Shown: positions 57,576-64,000 of the stretch, in pieces
Layout of the letters: the number at the start of each line of letters is the position of its first letter
How positions within the stretch are numbered: position 1 is the stretch's first letter
Source: an uncultured Alphaproteobacteria bacterium
Lineage (GTDB): Bacteria; Pseudomonadota; Alphaproteobacteria; HIMB59; GCA-002718135
Length of the DNA: 64,000 nucleotides
Direction: 5' to 3'
NCBI GenBank assembly: GCA_902621305.1
Contig: CACNLM010000001.1
Coordinates: forward strand, 73,005-137,004
Translations under genes and position numbers: made by a program
Notes under the pieces: model-generated
What the model saw: only the letters and a program-made list of their open reading frames with translations
Databases searched by the model: none
Told to the model about the DNA's origin: nothing

Positions 57576-60213
57576 TTGAAGCGTCTTGCTCTTTTATCTC
57601 AATTGCTTTTTCAAGATCAACGGAAACTAATTGTGATACACCTTTCTCAGGCATAGTAACACCAAATAATCTATTTACTCTCGCCATTGTCATTCTATGG
57701 TGAGTTATTACTAAGAATTTTGTTGAAGAAGTTTTAGCTATTTCCTCCACTAATGAACAAAATCTATCAACATTAGTATCATCTAATGGAGCGTCAACCT
57801 CATCAAGTACACAAATTGGAGCTGGGTTTGATAAAAATACAGCGAATAATAATGATAATGCTGTAAGAGCTTGCTCACCCCCGGAGAGTAAATTTAGGTT
57901 TTGTAATTTTTTTCCTGGAGGACTAGCAAAAATTTCTAAACCAGCTTGGAGAGGATCTGATTCATCAGTAAACTTTAAGTAAGCTTTTCCACCGCCAAAT
58001 AACCTAGTAAATAATTTTTGAAAATTTTCATTCACTATTCCATAAGCCGCAAGTAAACGTTGTCTACCTTCTGTATTAAGTGAGTCAATAGCTTCTCTTA
58101 GCTTTGCAATTGCACTTAAAAGATCGCTTTGATCTTTCTTTATTGTATTTACTTTTTCTTCTAAATCTTTGGACTCTTGTTCTGCGAGAAGATTAACACC
58201 ACCTAAACGCTCTTGCTCAGCAATTAATCTTTCTAATTTTTTTTCTAAATCATCAGTTTCACCTAAAACTTTATTTGGATTGATTTCTCCAATGTTGCAA
58301 AGATCGTCTAGGTCTACACTCAATCTTTCTTTTACTTGAGTAGATAATAATTTAATTGCTTCATTAATTGTATTAATTTGACCTTCAGTTCTAATTCTCT
58401 CTTCCCGTAGTTCATTTAATTTAACTTCTTCTAGCTTTAATTTCTTATTGATTTCATTAGAATTTAGTTCAGTTTGACGAAGCTGCTCAGCTATTTGCTC
58501 ATAAGAATTCTTATTTTCATCAATCAATTTTTGTATTTTTAATTTTTCACTCGATACATCTTCAGGAACAGATTGAAGATTTGATAATTCACCAATTAAT
58601 GTATTTTGTCTTGAATTCAATTCTTCTATTCTTTGATTTGCTTTTGTAGAAATATCATTCCATTGTTTTTCCTCTGCACTCAATTGTTTTATTCTTCTAT
58701 TTTTTAATTGCTCCAATATTGCTTTAGTTGAATTATTTTGTTTTCCTTTAGATACATAGCCATCCCATCTCCAAATTTCTCCTACTTTGCTGACTAGTAT
58801 TTGTCCTGGTTTTAAGGTTTTTTGGATTTCTAAAACATTTTCTTTATTTTCTATTAATCCAACAAATTCTAATTTTTTTTTCAAATTATCTGGTGCTTTT
58901 ATCAGAGATGAAAATTTTGTAATTTCTGAATTAAAGGATGAATCTTCCACATCTAATTTTCTCCAAAAAATACTTTGTTCTTCATCGATAGATGCAATTA
59001 ACTCATCTGAAAAAACTGCAGCAATTGCTTGTTCAAGACCATCTTCAAAGTCTAGATAATCAATTATTGGATTATTATTTTTTTTATTAGAAACATTTTC
59101 ATTATTTAGATCATCATCAGTTTGAATAAAAAGATCACCTTGTTGTTTTAAAAGTATAGATTTTTCTTCCTGTACCCTTTCAAGATTTTGTTTTGCGTCT
59201 TCAAATAAAAAACTCTCTCTTTCTATATCATTTTTAATTTGCTCTATACGTACTTTCGTTTCGTCTACTGCAATATTTGCTCTTTCAATTTCTTTTTCTT
59301 GATTTTCTAAACTAATTGAATATTTTTGCAGTTCAGCAGCAACCTTGCTTTCTTGGAGCCTGAGGTTTGGAAGACTTTCTTGAACTTTTTCAAATTCTAC
59401 ATTTATTTGTGCAACAATTTGTGTTTGGTCATTTACAACATTTGTCTCAGATTGAATTTTTTCATTAGCATTTATTAATTTATCTTTTTCATCAATCCAT
59501 TTCTTATAAAATAATCTCGCTCTCGCTTTTGTAATATCTTTTTGAATATACTTATATCTTTCAGCTTGTTTTGATTGTTTCTTTAATATTATGAGTTGTT
59601 CGTCTTGTGCTTTTAATACGTCCTTAACACGCTCTAAGTTATTTTCAGTTGCATTTAATCTTAATTCAGCTTCGTGTCTTCTTGAATGCAGACCTGTAAT
59701 TCCTGCAGCTTCTTCAAGCAACGTTCTTCTTTGTTCAGGCTTAGCAGCTATTATAGCACTAACTCTACCTTGACTAACCATCGATGTTGAACGAGCACCT
59801 GTTGCTGCATCAGCAAATAGCAATTGTACATCCTTTAATCGCACCTCCTTGCCATTAACTCTATATTCTGAGCCTTCACCTCGCCAAATTCTTCTAGTTA
59901 CTTCAATAGTATCATTTTCATTGAAAATACTTGGTGCTTTTCTTGCTTTATTATCTAAATCTATAGTAACTTCGGCAATATCCCATGCTGGTCTATCATC
60001 TGTTCCATTAAAGATAACATCGTCTAATTCACTTCCTCTCATTTGTTTTGGAGAAAGTTCACCCATAACAAACCTAAAAGCCTCTACAAGATTCGATTTA
60101 CCACATCCGTTTGGACCAACAATACCTGTTAAGCCATTTTCAATCAAAATTTCTGTGGGTTCAACAAAAGACTTAAAGCCTTTGACCTTAAGGGTCCTAA
60201 AATTAATCATCAA
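57565..60213 (-). CDS. smc: chromosome segregation protein SMC (compact, 882 aa)
   Basis: The N-terminal head carries Walker A (GPNGCGKSN). Heptad-rich arms flank a central hinge-like segment (LEQAIAAVF...ILVSKVGEIWRWDGYVSKG). The C-terminal head has LSGGEQALTALSLLFA and Walker B (VLDEVDAPLDD). Confidence 0.9.
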   Translation of the reverse strand: MMINFRTLKVKGFKSFVEPTEILIENGLTGIVGPNGCGKSNLVEAFRFVMGELSPKQMRGSELDDVIFNGTDDRPAWDIAEVTIDLDNKARKAPSIFNENDTIEVTRRIWRGEGSEYRVNGKEVRLKDVQLLFADAATGARSTSMVSQGRVSAIIAAKPEQRRTLLEEAAGITGLHSRRHEAELRLNATENNLERVKDVLKAQDEQLIILKKQSKQAERYKYIQKDITKARARLFYKKWIDEKDKLINANEKIQSETNVVNDQTQIVAQINVEFEKVQESLPNLRLQESKVAAELQKYSISLENQEKEIERANIAVDETKVRIEQIKNDIERESFLFEDAKQNLERVQEEKSILLKQQGDLFIQTDDDLNNENVSNKKNNNPIIDYLDFEDGLEQAIAAVFSDELIASIDEEQSIFWRKLDVEDSSFNSEITKFSSLIKAPDNLKKKLEFVGLIENKENVLEIQKTLKPGQILVSKVGEIWRWDGYVSKGKQNNSTKAILEQLKNRRIKQLSAEEKQWNDISTKANQRIEELNSRQNTLIGELSNLQSVPEDVSSEKLKIQKLIDENKNSYEQIAEQLRQTELNSNEINKKLKLEEVKLNELREERIRTEGQINTINEAIKLLSTQVKERLSVDLDDLCNIGEINPNKVLGETDDLEKKLERLIAEQERLGGVNLLAEQESKDLEEKVNTIKKDQSDLLSAIAKLREAIDSLNTEGRQRLLAAYGIVNENFQKLFTRLFGGGKAYLKFTDESDPLQAGLEIFASPPGKKLQNLNLLSGGEQALTALSLLFAVFLSNPAPICVLDEVDAPLDDTNVDRFCSLVEEIAKTSSTKFLVITHHRMTMARVNRLFGVTMPEKGVSQLVSVDLEKAIEIKEQDASNEL

Positions 60214-60828
60214 CTATTGTGATAATATTTTATCGATGATTTGTCTAAACTCTTTTATGTTTTTATTCCCGGAATATAAAACTCCATTAACAATGAATGA
60301 CGGAGTGGAGCCTATTTTATATTCTCTTTGCGCTTCCATTACACCCTCAAGTAATTGATTCTCTAAATCAACATTACTTAAACATGCATCAAAATCTTCT
60401 TGTTGCATACCGCCACTTTGCATAATTTTATATAATTCAGATCTTGTTTTGGAATGATCTCTATTAACCCAACTATTTTGAAGCTTATAAAGGCCATTCA
60501 TATAATCGTATCTTACCTCATCTGGCACACATCTTAAAATCATGCTTCCAGCAAGAGCTGGATAATTGAAGGGAAAATCACGAAAAATAAACTTAACTTT
60601 ACCAGTATCAATAAACTCTTTTTTTAATTCTGCTAGAGTATCATTATGAAAATCTGCACAGTGACTACAAGACATTGAAGCATATTCTATAATTGTGATT
60701 GGGGCATTTTCTTCTCCAATATAAAAATCATTATCTTTAACATCAAGTATTGAATTTTCAGCTGCTTTTGCATTAATAAAAAGTAGTGATAGTATAATAG
60801 AAGTAAATAAAATTCTAATTTTCATCAT
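60214..60828 (-). CDS. DsbA family thiol:disulfide oxidoreductase
   Basis: A signal peptide is followed by the thioredoxin-fold active site CSHC. The C-terminal segment is GSTPSFIVNG. Confidence 0.85.
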   Translation of the reverse strand: MMKIRILFTSIILSLLFINAKAAENSILDVKDNDFYIGEENAPITIIEYASMSCSHCADFHNDTLAELKKEFIDTGKVKFIFRDFPFNYPALAGSMILRCVPDEVRYDYMNGLYKLQNSWVNRDHSKTRSELYKIMQSGGMQQEDFDACLSNVDLENQLLEGVMEAQREYKIGSTPSFIVNGVLYSGNKNIKEFRQIIDKILSQ

Positions 60829-61340
60829 TTGTCCTCAGTTGTAATTTTATTACCTAGATTTAATAGTGATTTTTTCAAATTGGAATTTTGAAATTCTTTA
60901 ACGTTTTCTTCAACAAATCTTATGTCATCTTTGTTTATTTGTTTTTTCTTACTTTGTTTCATATACGTATGTTTAGGTATGTAATTTTGATGAATTCTCA
61001 AGTCCATTATAGCTTTATAGCCAAAATAAGTATTAATTTTTTCAATTATAGTGTCCTTAAAGTGTTGAAACTCAATGGCTGCGGCCGGTGCAACACTCAC
61101 ATTTAGATAATTTTTATATACCGTCTCACCTAAATCATTTTCAAAATCACGCACCCTTGAAACATTTAACGGCTCTGAATATTCTTTAAAATAACTACCA
61201 GCAATTTCAGGCCATTTGGAGTTAATTACAAATTCTGTACGATTATATTTAGAGGAAAATTTTCTATTTACCTTCCTCAGAGTATCGCCAATAGATTGTG
61301 GAACAAATGTTCTTTTTTGTTTTAAATTTTTTTTGTCCAT
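60825..61340 (-). CDS. DUF721 (DciA-like) protein
   Basis: The segment W.EIAG...EYSEPL...NYLNVSVAPAAAIEFQHFKDTIIEKIN.YFGYKAI matches the DUF721 pattern. It shows the usual alphaproteobacterial synteny mutY<>DUF721-dsbA-smc. I chose ATG 61340, because the longer ORF-track start at 61400 would run into mutY. Confidence 0.7.
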   Translation of the reverse strand: MDKKNLKQKRTFVPQSIGDTLRKVNRKFSSKYNRTEFVINSKWPEIAGSYFKEYSEPLNVSRVRDFENDLGETVYKNYLNVSVAPAAAIEFQHFKDTIIEKINTYFGYKAIMDLRIHQNYIPKHTYMKQSKKKQINKDDIRFVEENVKEFQNSNLKKSLLNLGNKITTEDK

Positions 61341-61379
61341 ATGCATAAATAATTTATAGTACCTAAATATGAAAGCAAT

Positions 61380-62429
61380 ATGTTTAAACACGAAACACAA
61401 GTAATAAAGTTTTTACTTCAGTGGTATTCTATGAATGCTAGAAAATTACCATGGCGGAAGAAAAATAATCTAAATTTACCTCATCCATACTTTGTGTTTG
61501 TAAGTGAGTATATGCTTCAACAAACAACAGTAAATACCGTAAAAACTAAATTTAATGAATTTATTTTAAAATGGCCTTCACTAAATAAATTAGCGCAAAC
61601 TTCAGAGCCAAATATTTTAAAGTTCTGGTCAGGCCTTGGTTATTATTCAAGAGCTAGAAATTTATTAAAGTCTGCAAAAATAATTAAAAATAATTTTAAA
61701 AATAAAATACCAGAAACTTATGATGAACTCATCCAGCTTCCTGGAATTGGAGATTACACTGCAAAAGCAATTCTTGGAATAGGATATAATAAATCAGTCA
61801 TGCCACTTGATGTTAATATTGAGAGAATTTTGGTTAGGTTACATGCTATCGAAAAACCAATTCGTAAAGTAAAAAATAAACTTAAAGATTTGGGAAAAAA
61901 ATTCATCTCAGATAAATATTCCTCAAACTTAATTCAGTCTTTTATGGATTACGGATCAGAGATCTGTCTTCCACGAAACCCTAAATGTAATATTTGTGGA
62001 ATTAATAAATTTTGCCAATCATATAAAAAGAATTTACAGCAAAAAATTCCTTTAAAACTAAAAAAGAAAACTATTAAACCCATAAAGTATACAAGAGCAT
62101 ATGTAATTGTGAATGAAAAGAATGAAATCCTAGTACGAAGTAGACCAAATAAAGGAATGTTGGCCTCTATGCTTGAAGTACCAAATGATGTCTGGGTTAA
62201 AAATAAAAAATTACTAACTACTGATCAAGACATACAAAAAATAAAAACAAAATTACAATCTAAAGGTTCATTTGAATATTCATTTAGTCATTTTGATTTA
62301 GAAACAGAAATTTTTTATGGAAATGTTAAAAAAGCAAAATTATCAAAAAGTAATTGGATAAAGAAATCATCTTATTCTAGTTCTAGAATGCCAACTGTTA
62401 TGAAAAAAATAGTAGATATAGCAGTATAA
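61380..62429 (+). CDS. mutY: A/G-specific adenine DNA glycosylase
   Basis: It has WY....R.LPWR, HhH-GPD (LPGIGDYTAKAI) and the 4Fe-4S loop C.PRNPKC..C....FC. A C-terminal NUDIX-like domain is present. Confidence 0.9.
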   Translation: MFKHETQVIKFLLQWYSMNARKLPWRKKNNLNLPHPYFVFVSEYMLQQTTVNTVKTKFNEFILKWPSLNKLAQTSEPNILKFWSGLGYYSRARNLLKSAKIIKNNFKNKIPETYDELIQLPGIGDYTAKAILGIGYNKSVMPLDVNIERILVRLHAIEKPIRKVKNKLKDLGKKFISDKYSSNLIQSFMDYGSEICLPRNPKCNICGINKFCQSYKKNLQQKIPLKLKKKTIKPIKYTRAYVIVNEKNEILVRSRPNKGMLASMLEVPNDVWVKNKKLLTTDQDIQKIKTKLQSKGSFEYSFSHFDLETEIFYGNVKKAKLSKSNWIKKSSYSSSRMPTVMKKIVDIAV

Positions 62430-62430
62430 T

Positions 62431-63195
62431 TTATGCAAAGAATTTTTTTGCGTTCATAAAAATTTTATACCCATCACCGAATTTTTTAGAAGTATTGTTT
62501 TGCCAATTAGGAACATGATAATGATAAAATGCTCTTTCTGGGTGAGGCATCATTGCAAGAATATTCCCATTTTGATTTGTTAATGCAGCTATATCATCTT
62601 TAGATCCATTAGGATTAAAAGGAAACTGACCTTTTGCTAATTTTTTATGGTTATTAATGTATTGTAAGCCAATAAGGTTATTAGCTTTGATACTTTTAAG
62701 TAGATTAATAGGTATCATGAGTTGTCCTTCTTGATGGGCAACAGGCAAGTTCAAGATACTAATATTTTTTAGCCATGGTGATTTATTATTATTTACTTTT
62801 ACATCAACCCATCGACACTCATAGCTCCCAGATTTATTTTCAATCATTGCAACTTCTGGATCTTTTTTATTTAGGCTTGGAACTAACCCAAGATTAATTA
62901 ATATCTGGCATCCATTACAAATGCCTATAATTAATTTATCTTTTAATGAAAAATCTATTAGCTGATCATACAAATTGGTCAGAATTTTTTTCGCCATTGC
63001 ATTTCCTGAACCTGTATCATCGCCATACGAAAAACCACCAGGTATAGCGAATACTTGATAGTTATTAAGTTGTTTAGGATTTTGTATTAGATCATTAATA
63101 TGAACAATTTTTCCTTTAAAACCTACTACTTCAAATGCATGTAGTGTTTCATTTTCACAATTAATACCATAACCTGATAAGACTAATACGTTCAT
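62431..63195 (-). CDS. purQ: phosphoribosylformylglycinamidine synthase, glutaminase subunit
   Basis: 254 aa with GGFSYGDD, the nucleophile GICNGCQIL and PHPER. Confidence 0.88.
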   Translation of the reverse strand: MNVLVLSGYGINCENETLHAFEVVGFKGKIVHINDLIQNPKQLNNYQVFAIPGGFSYGDDTGSGNAMAKKILTNLYDQLIDFSLKDKLIIGICNGCQILINLGLVPSLNKKDPEVAMIENKSGSYECRWVDVKVNNNKSPWLKNISILNLPVAHQEGQLMIPINLLKSIKANNLIGLQYINNHKKLAKGQFPFNPNGSKDDIAALTNQNGNILAMMPHPERAFYHYHVPNWQNNTSKKFGDGYKIFMNAKKFFA

Positions 63196-64000
63196 AACCC
63201 TTTAATATTTTGTTTGTATGACTTAGCAAAATCTGAAATTTTACCTCTAATAATTTTTTTGTTATCTTTAAACTCAACTACATCTGAGCCCGTACATTTG
63301 CCAATAATTGTATAATCAGAACCTTTAAATATTTTTTTAAAATTGGCTAACTTATTTTTTTTCATGGAAACAAGAATTCTACTTTGTGTTTCAGAAAATA
63401 AAAATTGATCAACTGAGATTTTATTTTTTAGTTTTAAATCAATGGTTAAACCTTTCTTTGAAGCAATTGCCATCTTGATAAGTGCAATTCCAATTCCACC
63501 TAAATCTATTCCAATTGCAGAATTTATAATTCCTAGTTTATTAGCTTTTTCAAAATTTCTATATGTGCGAAGTGCATCTTTGCTATTTACAACTGGATTT
63601 TTTGATTTTTCATAACCTATAATTTTGAAATAAACACTATCCTGTAATTCATTATGGGTATTTCCTAAAATTAAAAGTATATCATCATCATCGGGTGTCA
63701 TTTTTGTTAAGTGAGAAATTTTATCTACCACTCCAATAGAAGAAATCAGCAATGTTGGAGGTATTGAAATTTTTACTGATTTTCCAGTTTTATCAAAACC
63801 TTTAAAATCATTAAACATACTATCTTTTCCTGAAATAAAAGGTGTTTGGTAAGCAACTGCATAATCATAACAAGCTTTTGCTGCTTCTTTCAATTGATAT
63901 AAGCGATCAGGTTCATCCGAGCTGCACCAACAAAAGTTATCAAGAATTGCAATTTTTTTTGAGTTGGCACCACTTACAATTAAATTTTTAAATGCTGTAT
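63192..64000 (-). CDS. purL: phosphoribosylformylglycinamidine synthase subunit PurL (C-terminal part; continues beyond the window end)
   Basis: It has the AIR-synthase-related C-domain (PFISGKDSMFNDF). My own translation upstream of the ORF-track TTG stays open to position 64000 (..ILDNFCWCSSDEPDRLYQLKEAAKAC..), so the real start lies outside the window. Confidence 0.88.
   Translation of the reverse strand, partial: TAFKNLIVSGANSKKIAILDNFCWCSSDEPDRLYQLKEAAKACYDYAVAYQTPFISGKDSMFNDFKGFDKTGKSVKISIPPTLLISSIGVVDKISHLTKMTPDDDDILLILGNTHNELQDSVYFKIIGYEKSKNPVVNSKDALRTYRNFEKANKLGIINSAIGIDLGGIGIALIKMAIASKKGLTIDLKLKNKISVDQFLFSETQSRILVSMKKNKLANFKKIFKGSDYTIIGKCTGSDVVEFKDNKKIIRGKISDFAKSYKQNIKGL

Noticed and set aside
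59849-60358. 169-aa plus-strand ORF opposite smc and dsbA
   Set aside because: This is a shadow ORF inside two well-supported minus-strand genes and has no recognisable motifs. The same reasoning applies to 58787..59059 and 59591..59773.

Overview
This is a strongly AT-rich, very gene-dense chromosomal segment. Genes often overlap as TAATG, ATGA or GTGA, and there are no rRNA or tRNA genes, CRISPR arrays or mobile elements. The gene content and style look like a streamlined marine alphaproteobacterium (SAR11/Pelagibacterales-like); that assignment is my inference. Order of content: (1) a partial pseudouridine synthase, an amidotransferase, tadA and xseA. (2) A lipid A/KDO block, lpxL-lpxK-waaA-DUF374-msbA, followed by ubiA. 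(3) rsmE and a complete aa3 cytochrome oxidase cluster: coxB-coxA-ctaB-microORF-ctaG-coxC-surf1. (4) An M32 carboxypeptidase, thrC and an M16 peptidase. (5) ogt, a GATase, and a TIM-barrel plus Gfo/Idh/MocA pair. (6) Two tandem glutamine-riboswitch (glnA RNA) aptamers upstream of amtB. (7) yqgE, a DsbD-like reductase, a peroxiredoxin and an SDR. (8) An accessory-looking catabolic region at about 29.5-52.3 kb. It holds a sugar-type ABC transporter lying divergent to a nine-gene operon. That operon encodes two paralogous desaturase-fold di-iron oxygenases, a ferredoxin reductase, a Rieske ferredoxin, a PanB-like protein, a fatty-acid-hydroxylase-fold oxygenase, an SMP-30 lactonase, an IlvD/Edd dehydratase and an ACC-deaminase-family PLP enzyme. 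After it come a deoxy-sugar/sugar-acid oxidation set, lactate-type dehydrogenases, a serine hydrolase, an EamA transporter and xylB. (9) yceI, rnhA, thrB, ispH, the F0 ATP synthase operon, a compact smc, dsbA, a DUF721/DciA-like gene, mutY, purQ and partial purL. The best candidate for an undescribed system is the Moc-like multi-oxygenase operon at 32470-41726. All protein calls rest on motif recognition in the supplied translations. No database searches were run.
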